Virus record (IMG/VR): IMGVR_UViG_3300040801_005898
DNA from: a virus
Strand: one strand, 5' to 3'
DNA: 34,672 bases
Numbering within the stretch: position 1 is the first letter of the stretch; each line of letters opens with the position of its first letter. The position numbers and the translations under genes are program-made. The notes under the pieces are model-generated. The model did no database searches, had not been told where the DNA came from, and worked only from the letters and a program-made list of their open reading frames with translations. Shown here one piece after another: positions 1 to 8,549 of this stretch.

Positions 1-1154
1 CGAATAATTTTTGCTCCAGTTTGAGAAGAAGAACGCAGCAAAGGAGACAATATTAATGCTATTTTGTGTCTTTTTGATTTTAAAATATCTAGTTTATTTA
101 ACTCCTGCTGGTATTGTTTCAATGTAATCCCTGTATTGCAACACTGAAACCATGCAGACTCTCTAATGTTTGCAGTCAATTCACCACCACAATGACTGCA
201 ACTAATAACTGCACTATCTATTGGTTTATTAGCATCTTTATAAAACCACTCCACAGGTCTTCCAGATTCAGACAAATATCCATAAGTCTCTCTACCAAAA
301 CTATCTCTTCTTAAAGTCGGTTTAAGCAAACAACCTTTAGGGTCTAAAGGTTTAATTGTTCCACAATGGGGACATTTATAATGGGGATAAAACACGCGAT
401 CGCATGACTTAATTTCATGTTCAATTCCCGCGCCCGCCCCAGGAGTTCCCAAATCTCTAATTGGTTCCGTTGGAATGCAACTGGCATCTAGCCTACGAGC
501 TAACGGGTCCGCCGTTCCGGGAGCCCATTGCGATCGCTCTTCACGAACCATAAAATTTACCTGCTGCGAAACTGATGCCGAACCTGCCGCTGCCAGTCCT
601 TCGCGAGACCTTGTTTGCTTGTTAGTAGAAGCGTAACTAAAAAATGCGCTTGCCCCATTAACTTGATACCGTGATATATTTTGAGAATCGCTTGCTTTTT
701 TAAGATTAATACCTGTTTCTTGTCTGTAATTTTCAAGCCATTTTGCTATTACTGGGTTAAACTGTTCGGGAACGTTTAAATCTCTTTTTCCCTTACTGTC
801 ATACCACCAACCAATATTAAAATTTCCCCTGATTATCATCCACGCAAAAAGCAAAGTATGACTTAACGTTTTCCCAATTTGGGCGGGGCCGCTCGTGCAA
901 ACATGAGCGATACGCATATCCGCGATCGCTCCTAATAGCTCTTCATACCAAGGGGCTATATTAACGGGCTTTTCTTTCTCATTGCAACCATATTTTTTAA
1001 CATCTTCAACAAACAAACGAGAAGCACTACCATCTAACAATTTTTTAATAAATTCCTCCTCGTTGCCAGCTTCTTTTTTCTTAGGAGTAATAGCATCTAA
1101 ATTTTGGTTCCGTAGTTGCCGTAAAGATTTATTGTTTTTAAGTTTGGTTTTCAT
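1..1154 (-). CDS. Terminase large subunit, GpA-like (runs off the left edge of the window)
   Basis: Not in the ORF track. Hand translation from ATG 1154 gives MKTKLKNNKS...PWYEELLGAIADMRIAHVCTSGPAQIGKT (GpA-type Walker A AQxGKT), then GTP, CPHCG and CSHCG motifs. It overlaps the end of the upstream small-subunit candidate. Confidence 0.85.
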   Translation of the reverse strand, partial: MKTKLKNNKSLRQLRNQNLDAITPKKKEAGNEEEFIKKLLDGSASRLFVEDVKKYGCNEKEKPVNIAPWYEELLGAIADMRIAHVCTSGPAQIGKTLSHTLLFAWMIIRGNFNIGWWYDSKGKRDLNVPEQFNPVIAKWLENYRQETGINLKKASDSQNISRYQVNGASAFFSYASTNKQTRSREGLAAAGSASVSQQVNFMVREERSQWAPGTADPLARRLDASCIPTEPIRDLGTPGAGAGIEHEIKSCDRVFYPHYKCPHCGTIKPLDPKGCLLKPTLRRDSFGRETYGYLSESGRPVEWFYKDANKPIDSAVISCSHCGGELTANIRESAWFQCCNTGITLKQYQQELNKLDILKSKRHKIALILSPLLRSSSQTGAKII

Positions 1155-1596
1155 TAGTATTAAAGTGACTCAAAATTTCAGATAAACCAAGCATGGCATC
1201 TTCCAATTCTAAAATAGTTTCAAGAGTCTTATCTCCTGACTCCTGCGCGTTACATAAACTTCTCGTTCGTTCTAGCGCTTCCAACGCGCTTATTTCCCCG
1301 CTATTAACTTTTTCTGTTAGTTCCATAGACGCTGAGGCGACAATATCTGTTATATTGGTTGTGGCGACCATTTTAAAATTAAGAATTTTCCCAAATTGAA
1401 AAAAGCGAGTTTCAAGAATAGTTTGCAACCTTTTTGTCTGCAAAACTTCATCCCATCGAGGTCTTGCCATCCATCGCTGGATTTCCTCCACGGAAACCCC
1501 ATACTCTGCTGCTAATTTATGAACGGTCCAAACTTCCGGGTCTAGCGCCTGAAGTGCTGCCGCTTCAACAATATTGTCTTCGTTTTTATCTAACAT
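1138..1596 (-). CDS. Probable terminase small subunit
   Basis: N-terminal HTH-like segment (TVHKLAAEYGVSVEEIQRW) and helical C-terminus; lies directly upstream of, and overlaps, the terminase large subunit. Confidence 0.6.
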   Translation of the reverse strand: MLDKNEDNIVEAAALQALDPEVWTVHKLAAEYGVSVEEIQRWMARPRWDEVLQTKRLQTILETRFFQFGKILNFKMVATTNITDIVASASMELTEKVNSGEISALEALERTRSLCNAQESGDKTLETILELEDAMLGLSEILSHFNTNENQT

Positions 1597-2455
1597 GAGT
1601 AATAAAGAAAAAGAATTTGAACTTAAATTTTTACCAACAAAAGCGTGCTTAGAATCAAGGTTAAGCCAAGAATTTTCTACTGATTCTGATTATGTATTTG
1701 CATTTTTTACAGAAGAAACTGAAGATATTCATTATCATAAGATATGGCTAGATAGCGATCGCTATTTCTGGGTAAATACATCTCAAGATTTTATAAACTT
1801 AAGAACTGGGAACAGCATTTCTGCTCAACTAGATTTCATAGGCTTTCCAGAGCCACAGAATAATACTAATTCACCTGAAAATCCTGCTTCTACAATTTCT
1901 GACCACATAATTTTTGAACTTAGTAGCGATAAATTTAGAGCTACCCCTAACGATGCCAATGGCATTCTATTATCTGCCGGTACTGATGTCATGTATGCAG
2001 GAGAAATGCACCCAGAAATAGTAGAAATGTGGCCGACAATAGATTCTTTCACCCAAGTAGAACACCTTGCATGGGAATCTATTTATTTGGGTGCGCTTGC
2101 GAGCAACCCTCAGTTAACAGAAGCGATCGCCTCTGGAACTGACGACACTGGCTTTCTCAATCTTAGCAATTCTGACACATGGTTTTTGACTAATTCAGAA
2201 GTGGATTTACTAGACATAACAACCAACATAGACTTTGACTCTAGAAGTTCAACTTCTTTTAGTGATATTATTTTGGAAAAACCGCAATCTGGTCCTTCCG
2301 TTTTGGGAGGATTATTTTTAAGCAATGGAACCTCGCCTGACAATTTAATTCTTTATGCTTCGCCATTTTATAAAGATCGTAAAACAGAAAATGTTACGTT
2401 AGAAAGCGTTTTGGCAGTTTCCGCAGATTTTTTTACCGACATTATTATTCTGTAG
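1595..2455 (+). CDS. Hypothetical phage protein, possibly virion structural
   Basis: Long acidic ORF; the most likely start is ATG 1595 (MSNKEKEF). Confidence 0.6.
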   Translation: MSNKEKEFELKFLPTKACLESRLSQEFSTDSDYVFAFFTEETEDIHYHKIWLDSDRYFWVNTSQDFINLRTGNSISAQLDFIGFPEPQNNTNSPENPASTISDHIIFELSSDKFRATPNDANGILLSAGTDVMYAGEMHPEIVEMWPTIDSFTQVEHLAWESIYLGALASNPQLTEAIASGTDDTGFLNLSNSDTWFLTNSEVDLLDITTNIDFDSRSSTSFSDIILEKPQSGPSVLGGLFLSNGTSPDNLILYASPFYKDRKTENVTLESVLAVSADFFTDIIIL

Positions 2456-3476
2456 GCAATACAGAATAACTCCATATTTTAGCTGTATTGGGTATGGCAA
2501 AAACTAAAGATTTTGTTTCTTTAACCAAGCTCAAAGCTAAATCGTAATATGATTTAATAGCAAAATCAGTTTTATTTTTGTAAATAGTAAAATCATTTTT
2601 GTTTATTGTTGCAAACTGCTTTTTCTCAGGCAAAAAAGTTACGCCATGCGGCATCAATAATGTTGTCGGAACGTCAGACACTCTTGCCGTTAAATCTGCT
2701 CGAATATTGAACAAAAACAAGTCATCTCCTGGTTTAAATATTCGCTGAGTTTCTCTATCCACAAAATAGGTAAAATCTCCATAATCTATTAATTGCGAAC
2801 TTCCATTTTGCTCTTCTACAAAAAAGAAAAAACTAACTAAATCAAAAGTTTTAGTTTCTGGGTCTTCTTTATCATCAGGTGAGTCATCATGCCTTGGTTC
2901 CCTTGGTCTTGGTTCTGGGCTAGGATTTCCTCGAATTTCAAGGAACTCCCTCGGCCCCGGTCCTAAAACCCAACTGCAAGAATAACGTCCGTCACTGACA
3001 TAGGTTTGCCCATATTCTCTACCATGAGAAAAACTTAAGTCAGATGTAGCGATCGCTGGTCCAGTTAATTTGAAACTGGGAACAGGAGTGTTCTCAACAC
3101 TTCCTCCAAGGAAATTATCTCCGTAATTATTGGTGGTTAAAAACGGTCCAAATTTACCATATTCCCACTCAGGAGGGTATCGAACTTGCGTGCTGGCAAC
3201 CGGCCCGTTATAAAATAAACCAGCATAGTAACTAGGTCGATAAATTACTGTTGGCTTCGAGTTTATATATTGGCTTGAGTCGGTCGAATCCATCAAAAAT
3301 AATTGGTCGTTAAAACCAGAATAAAATACCGCTTGTTTTGCCGAACTAGCGCCTAAAACACTGTTATTAACTTGCCATCCAGCAGGATTGTTTATCTCCC
3401 AATAAGTTGAAAGTCTAATTCTCTTGCAATTAGACTGCAACTCCTCACCTCTGCCCAGCCTACTTTGAATGCTCAT
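2445..3476 (-). CDS. Hypothetical phage protein, possibly tail/baseplate
   Basis: 343-aa ORF, rich in aromatic residues and Gly, 2 nt downstream of the upstream gene. Confidence 0.6.
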   Translation of the reverse strand: MSIQSRLGRGEELQSNCKRIRLSTYWEINNPAGWQVNNSVLGASSAKQAVFYSGFNDQLFLMDSTDSSQYINSKPTVIYRPSYYAGLFYNGPVASTQVRYPPEWEYGKFGPFLTTNNYGDNFLGGSVENTPVPSFKLTGPAIATSDLSFSHGREYGQTYVSDGRYSCSWVLGPGPREFLEIRGNPSPEPRPREPRHDDSPDDKEDPETKTFDLVSFFFFVEEQNGSSQLIDYGDFTYFVDRETQRIFKPGDDLFLFNIRADLTARVSDVPTTLLMPHGVTFLPEKKQFATINKNDFTIYKNKTDFAIKSYYDLALSLVKETKSLVFAIPNTAKIWSYSVLPTE

Positions 3477-3478
3477 AA

Positions 3479-4966
3479 TTAATAATTGTCTGGAATTAAA
3501 ACATATTTGCCTGGGTTAATATTTTGGTAACTAACACCAACATTAGGATCGAGGGTGGGCACAACCTCGCCAAATAATTTGTTGATATCTTGGTTCCATA
3601 CAAGTCTACCTTCTTCTTTTACAGGACGATAAACCTTGTCAGCAGGCGGTTCACCACTAACTGAGATTTTGCTTAAATCAAATCCTAACGAAGGCGGCAG
3701 CGGTCCCCATCCAAACCACAATGGTTCTATTATACCATCCAACTGAGTCTCCTTTGCTGAATATTCAGTTACCAGCAAGTTGCGAGCAATATTGTTGTAA
3801 CGGTCGTAATCTTGATAATCAGGGTCTTCTAATGTCAATGGATTTTTATGTTGGGAGACACCGTTGACGTTTAACCCTGCAATTTCAAAAGAAGTATTAT
3901 AACCAATGTATTCAAAACCAGTAGCAGAGTTATAATCATTGTTGAATACAACGCCAGATTTCCCTAGCGCGACCTCAACTAAATAATGTCCATCATCACT
4001 TAAAATTTGAGTTGAATAATATTTGTTAATATCTTTATTAAAATGAAATCCATTTTCTTGAATAAGATTTATTTCGCCTACCGTCATTTTTTCTACAGGT
4101 CTAAATTTTGTCCCGTTGAAAAATAAAGAAGGAGCCATTAAATCTAATAACTCTTCAAAAATATTGTTTGGCAAAGGTTCGTCAAGTCTAATAGCATTTG
4201 CAATAATCTCTTCTTGATGTTTTAGTGCTAAATAAGGAGATGACAAATAATTAATGCTTTTAAAGCCCATCCAGAAAGTAAAAAGATGATCATTAAAATC
4301 GACAAAAATCAATTCTCCCTGCCTGTCTGGATGCGTTAAACCAGTATAAACATCAAAATATCCGTTAAAGAATAAATCGTCTCCAGTGCTGTATCTGTAT
4401 CTATTGTCTCTACTTAAAATATCAAAGTATCCGTCAGGATGAGAAGAAAAAGGCACCCTAATACCTCTGAACAGGTCGAAATAGAAAACATTGTCATAGG
4501 TAGCTAAAGAAATAGGGGGAGACGATTGTTGCCAGCGATATTGTATTCTTGAACCTCTACCATATCCTGCTGTGATACCACCAAAAGTTTGTTGCGATCG
4601 CGTGTAAAAATCATAGCCAGTTGTAGTGTAAGTAAAACTTTTGCCCAAAAGGTCAATTTCTGGATATGTTTTATGTTGATACTGGATTGAACTTATTAAA
4701 TTATTGGGCAACCCAAATAGCCATTTACTCCAGTTTTGTTTTTTTTCTGGTAATGCTAAATAGTTGTCTAAACTCATCCCGTCATTAAGCCTCACCCGAT
4801 GAGTGACATACCAAAAATCGGAATGAATACCCCTAGCAAAATTATTTATCTCGCCTTGTTTTAGTCCGTCTCTAGTTATGATAGAGTTGGCTTTATCAAT
4901 AATAAATTTAACTTTTCCTTCCATAAAGGAAATAAAATCGCCCATTGACATTCCTATTTCAGCCAT
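3479..4966 (-). CDS. Hypothetical phage protein, possibly tail/baseplate
   Basis: 495-aa ORF with no recognised motif. Confidence 0.6.
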   Translation of the reverse strand: MAEIGMSMGDFISFMEGKVKFIIDKANSIITRDGLKQGEINNFARGIHSDFWYVTHRVRLNDGMSLDNYLALPEKKQNWSKWLFGLPNNLISSIQYQHKTYPEIDLLGKSFTYTTTGYDFYTRSQQTFGGITAGYGRGSRIQYRWQQSSPPISLATYDNVFYFDLFRGIRVPFSSHPDGYFDILSRDNRYRYSTGDDLFFNGYFDVYTGLTHPDRQGELIFVDFNDHLFTFWMGFKSINYLSSPYLALKHQEEIIANAIRLDEPLPNNIFEELLDLMAPSLFFNGTKFRPVEKMTVGEINLIQENGFHFNKDINKYYSTQILSDDGHYLVEVALGKSGVVFNNDYNSATGFEYIGYNTSFEIAGLNVNGVSQHKNPLTLEDPDYQDYDRYNNIARNLLVTEYSAKETQLDGIIEPLWFGWGPLPPSLGFDLSKISVSGEPPADKVYRPVKEEGRLVWNQDINKLFGEVVPTLDPNVGVSYQNINPGKYVLIPDNY

Positions 4967-5534
4967 GATTAAACCTAAGATTTATTGGGAAATTCCCGAA
5001 CTTTTAAAAAACTTTTACAATGATGCCTTGTCGGCTTATTTTGACTCAACAATCCTCGATTCAGAAACTATTTGGCGGTTTGGCCATCGGGTGACTCAAC
5101 CGGGAAGTTATGCTTCAGAGCGGTCGGAAAACGGTGCCTACCACGACAACTTTCACGGTGCTTACCGCAATTTGCGGTCTATACGGCGAGGTTTTGTTTT
5201 CACATTTCCTCCCGGCAACGATGACATTCGCTTGCTATTTGAGGAACTGGAAAAGTGGCAAGGTTTCTCTGCCTATGAACCATGTTATCGTCTTTTAAGA
5301 GTTTGGGATGGGGTACTGTGCGATCCAGAAGACCGCGCCACCAGAATTACCTTGAGGATTGGGACTATCACTGTCGAACCTTCGGAGGGTTCTCTGTGGA
5401 ACGGAGAGACAAAATGTCTTCCTGCTGACAATGGCCCAGTTACTTTTCAAGACGTTCTTACTGACCCAGTTACCGCATGGAACCCCGGTTTTAAGGTTAG
5501 ATTTGAACCTAAAGACAAACAAATTATAACTTAA
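4965..5534 (+). CDS. Hypothetical phage protein, possibly tail-associated
   Basis: Likely start is ATG 4965 (MIKPKIYWEIP); the longer ORF start overlaps the opposite-strand gene. Confidence 0.6.
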   Translation: MIKPKIYWEIPELLKNFYNDALSAYFDSTILDSETIWRFGHRVTQPGSYASERSENGAYHDNFHGAYRNLRSIRRGFVFTFPPGNDDIRLLFEELEKWQGFSAYEPCYRLLRVWDGVLCDPEDRATRITLRIGTITVEPSEGSLWNGETKCLPADNGPVTFQDVLTDPVTAWNPGFKVRFEPKDKQIIT

Positions 5535-5565
5535 GTTGATGTTTTTATCAACTTAAGTTATAATT
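5522..5565. promoter_or_regulatory. Perfect 19-bp inverted repeat forming a symmetric bidirectional sigma70-type promoter
   Basis: AATTATAACTTAAGTTGAT-GTTTTT-ATCAACTTAAGTTATAATT. Plus strand: TTGATG(5536)-N17-TATAAT(5559). Minus strand: TTGATA(5551)-N17-TATAAT(5528). Confidence 0.7.
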
Positions 5566-5594
5566 AAATTGACCTAAGCGAACTTTTTAATAAA

Positions 5595-6080
5595 ATGGAT
5601 TCAATGATTGAAAGACTTAAAAAATTAGCAACAGAAAAAGCCGCTAGTAAAGATCAACCTGTTACATTGACAAGGCAAGCTGTTCGTCAGGTTACTGGAA
5701 TCGATTCCAGTAGCGATATTAAATTTTACAAAATGCTTGCAGAGCAAGCTTTACAAAAGCAAGGGATAAATATCCAATTTGCAAAACGAGGTAGTGCAAA
5801 TGCAAGGAAGAATCCTCGGGATTCTCAAACAGAGGTGACTGAAGAGGGGTTATTCATTCCTCTGGAAGAATTGGAGAAAGTAGAGATTTTTGCGGGTAAT
5901 CTCGTTAAGGTTAAATATAAAAAACCTCATACGGTAATTCGCAAAGAGAAAACCTTTGATAAACCAGGAACGCTTATTATCGAAAAAACCGAAGATCGGT
6001 TTATCCCTTCACCGGCAGAAGGCCAGGAAAATTATTTAGAAGAAGAATCAAGCGAAGAAGAGGAAATGTTAGATGCTTAA
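5595..6080 (+). CDS. Putative cyAbrB/AbrB-like transcription regulator
   Basis: SQTEVTEEGLFIPLEELEKVEIFAGNLVKVKY resembles an AbrB swapped hairpin; FYKMLAEQALQKQGI resembles the cyAbrB N-terminal part; acidic tail. Confidence 0.45.
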   Translation: MDSMIERLKKLATEKAASKDQPVTLTRQAVRQVTGIDSSSDIKFYKMLAEQALQKQGINIQFAKRGSANARKNPRDSQTEVTEEGLFIPLEELEKVEIFAGNLVKVKYKKPHTVIRKEKTFDKPGTLIIEKTEDRFIPSPAEGQENYLEEESSEEEEMLDA

Positions 6081-6252
6081 AATAGAAGTTCGTATTCCCT
6101 CAAATAATGGGGTAAAAAAAGATGCCAAAGACATTGGTTGGCAAAGGTCTTTCCCCGCCCAAGACATCAGCCAACGTCTTGAAGATTCAGAACGTAGTAT
6201 GCAAAAACAAGCGATCGCCCAGGTTTTAGGAGCTATTTTCAATGAAAATTAA
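6073..6252 (+). CDS. Small hypothetical protein (59 aa)
   Basis: MLKIEVRIPSNNG...GAIFNEN*; fills the gap and overlaps both neighbouring genes. Confidence 0.5.
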   Translation: MLKIEVRIPSNNGVKKDAKDIGWQRSFPAQDISQRLEDSERSMQKQAIAQVLGAIFNEN

Positions 6253-6820
6253 AGGGGTTGAATACCCGATAGAATGGGTAAATGAAGACAAATCTTTAGA
6301 AGCGCTAGAAATTATCTTCAATGAAGAGGTAACTAACGGCAGACCATACCGTTTATCTGATGAAGAGACGGATATTATCGCAGATATTATGCGTTTTTGT
6401 GTTCCTTCTTTGCCAGATGAATGTTTTTACAAGTCTCGGAATGGTTTAATTGCTATTCGTCTAGGTGCGACTGAAATTCTGAATTTTACTTTTGAACTGC
6501 TAAAAGTTGCCACTGAAAAAAAGGTAATTGACATTCAAGATTTTCTAAAACGAACGGATTTAACCCAAGAAGAAAGAACTCGACTTGAGATATCGTTAGA
6601 AAATGCTCAAAACAACGCTCAATCTTTAGGCGAACAGATTAGAGAAATGCAATTAGCATATTTAGAAAGTCTGCCGACTGCTCAAGCTGCCCAACTAGAA
6701 GAACAACCAGTTAAACAGGCTCAATTGCCAATAGACGATCGCCCCGCCAATATCAAACAGCGGCAGCAAGAAAGGCAACAAAGACAAAGACAAAGGCAAA
6801 AACACCAACGGAAAAACTAA
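6242..6820 (+). CDS. Hypothetical protein, possibly a tail assembly chaperone
   Basis: MKIKGVEYPI start, CVPSLP motif and coiled-coil C-terminus; the function is a guess. Confidence 0.55.
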   Translation: MKIKGVEYPIEWVNEDKSLEALEIIFNEEVTNGRPYRLSDEETDIIADIMRFCVPSLPDECFYKSRNGLIAIRLGATEILNFTFELLKVATEKKVIDIQDFLKRTDLTQEERTRLEISLENAQNNAQSLGEQIREMQLAYLESLPTAQAAQLEEQPVKQAQLPIDDRPANIKQRQQERQQRQRQRQKHQRKN

Positions 6821-7065
6821 ACCTTTCCGGTTAATTTAAACTGAAAAAGTATAGACGCTTTCCTCTCTGCTGGTTGGCGTCTTTTTTTATCAAACTGTTT
6901 TTCATGCAAAATCAATACTTCCTCATTTTGGGTTTGAGGAGGTAAATTAATGGTTTCAGTAGAGCGATCGCTTTCTACCATTAATTGTCCTTCTTCTAGC
7001 CTAAACTTTGCCTGGTTTTGCTCTAATAATTTTAATAATTTTCGATTTAATTCTTCTTGATTCAT
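6817..7065 (-). CDS. Hypothetical phage protein
   Basis: 82-aa ORF starting 2 nt after the upstream gene ends. Confidence 0.55.
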   Translation of the reverse strand: MNQEELNRKLLKLLEQNQAKFRLEEGQLMVESDRSTETINLPPQTQNEEVLILHEKQFDKKRRQPAERKASILFQFKLTGKV

Positions 7066-7067
7066 GT

Positions 7068-8231
7068 TTAGCTTAATGCCACAATAAGGGCAATAACTTC
7101 TTCTCTGGTAACAATATTTAAAGGTGATGGAACTTCTCTGCCCATGTCAAGATTAAACCAACAGGTCTCTCCTGAAAGCAACCGAAAATCGGATTGACTG
7201 TAATAAGGCAAAATCTCAATCCACATCGCCCAAGGTGGAGGGCAATTTTTTGGAATATAAAATTGCTGTCTGGTGGGCTGCCAGACAATATCTTCTCCAA
7301 CATAATTCATCAATCCCGTGTCGGTGGTGATATCTGCGGTGTCCAATTCTCCGGTAACAGTATTAACATATCCTTTGAATCGAATCTTTATTTTTTCCGA
7401 CATCACCCCAGAATCCGGCATATCCTGGTTGAGAATGTCGGTTGTCGAATCAATGCTATTCCCTAACCTTGCCACAAACCGAAAGGGCAAGTCTTTTAAC
7501 AATGTCTCCTCTGCACGATAATAATACCCAATACCTCTACTTTGAGTCACAGGGATATTAGATGCGGGGGTGTAAAAGGCAAAAACAGGTATCTTGAGCA
7601 AACGAGGGTCGATCGCGTTAATAGGTAAATCGCATCCCGACTCCCCAGATGGAACCGTGACTAATCCTAAATATGGACTACCTCCCCACTGAGTCCATTT
7701 TTTCCCATTAGAATCAAGAATTATTTCAGTTCCATTAGCAGATGCCGTCTGAAAAGGAGTTTTGGCGTAAAGTAGCCCGGTAGAAGAGACAAAACGAGTC
7801 GTACCAGCGATCGCTCCCACCACCGGCAAGTCATCAGGAGTCGCTACAACATTATCGCCAGGGTCCGCTAATGCTGCATCGGAGGTAATAGTAACTGCCG
7901 ATAGAGCAATTTCCGCCCCTTGAGAATTTACCCCGTTCCACAGTGCCACGCGATAACTTGCTGATGCGGGCTGAGAAGATAGACGGGCGGCAACATGAAA
8001 ATACAGCCATTCTGATATTTCAGTATTGGCATTGGGGGGAAGAGTTATGGTTATCGAGTCGCCGTTAGCGATCGCTACTGCTACCTCTGGAGATGCAGTG
8101 GTATAGCCCGCGATATTTTCGGCGTGGTAAGTAAAAATGTAGTTTCCTGCCGATAAAGAGCCGCCCCCAATATTAACGGTAACGGTGGGAGCAGTGTCGG
8201 GCATTGGACCGGAGGCATAGCATAGTGCCAT
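7068..8231 (-). CDS. Putative virion structural or tail-fibre-associated protein
   Basis: Beta-rich G/A/T composition (GGSLSAGNYIFTY, VVATPDDLP) and a C-terminal VIALIVALS helix of the kind seen on cyanophage fibre proteins. Confidence 0.55.
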   Translation of the reverse strand: MALCYASGPMPDTAPTVTVNIGGGSLSAGNYIFTYHAENIAGYTTASPEVAVAIANGDSITITLPPNANTEISEWLYFHVAARLSSQPASASYRVALWNGVNSQGAEIALSAVTITSDAALADPGDNVVATPDDLPVVGAIAGTTRFVSSTGLLYAKTPFQTASANGTEIILDSNGKKWTQWGGSPYLGLVTVPSGESGCDLPINAIDPRLLKIPVFAFYTPASNIPVTQSRGIGYYYRAEETLLKDLPFRFVARLGNSIDSTTDILNQDMPDSGVMSEKIKIRFKGYVNTVTGELDTADITTDTGLMNYVGEDIVWQPTRQQFYIPKNCPPPWAMWIEILPYYSQSDFRLLSGETCWFNLDMGREVPSPLNIVTREEVIALIVALS

Positions 8232-8260
8232 TTGACAAAAATTAGAAAATCTATTAATAT
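8232..8260 (+). promoter_or_regulatory. Sigma70-type promoter of the tRNA
   Basis: TTGACA(8232-8237)-N17-TAATAT(8255-8260); the predicted start falls at about 8266-8267, the tRNA 5' end. Confidence 0.65.
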
Positions 8261-8266
8261 GGTAGT

Positions 8267-8338
8267 TGCCGGGGAGTGGAACGGTCCCATACCAGGCTCA
8301 TAACCTGGAGACAGCAGGTTCAACTCCTGCACCGGCCA
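8267..8338 (+). tRNA. tRNA with CAT anticodon (Met/fMet-like), atypical
   Basis: Acceptor TGCCGGG/ACCGGCC, D stem GTGG/CCAT, anticodon arm CCAGG-CTCATAA-CCTGG, T arm GCAGG-TTCAACT-CCTGC, discriminator A, followed by a T-run. Confidence 0.85.
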
Positions 8339-8357
8339 TTTTTGCTTTTTGCCCTAT

Positions 8358-8528
8358 TCAAATTAATTCTGTAGAATCTATTTGAACAGGGCGATCGCTT
8401 ATAACTATATCTTGCCTTGATGGTTGTTTGATTGTTAAAGAGTTTACATCTTTGACGGTAGTTATTTTGTGTTTTTTTAAAATGTCTAATAACTTTTGAG
8501 TCGATTTCTCTAAGGTGTAATTGTTCAT
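8358..8528 (-). CDS. Small hypothetical protein (56 aa)
   Basis: MNNYTLEKSTQKLLDILKKH...ELI*; follows the 962-aa gene and contains a HIP1 site. Confidence 0.45.
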   Translation of the reverse strand: MNNYTLEKSTQKLLDILKKHKITTVKDVNSLTIKQPSRQDIVISDRPVQIDSTELI

Positions 8529-8549
8529 TTAGCTTTTCGTCTGTTCTAA

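Noticed and set aside
114-1399. Short plus-strand ORFs, and similar shadow ORFs elsewhere in the track
   Set aside because: They are antisense or off-frame shadows of well-supported genes.
8081-8332. 83-aa minus-strand ORF
   Set aside because: It is the antisense of the tRNA plus an alternative frame of the neighbouring gene.
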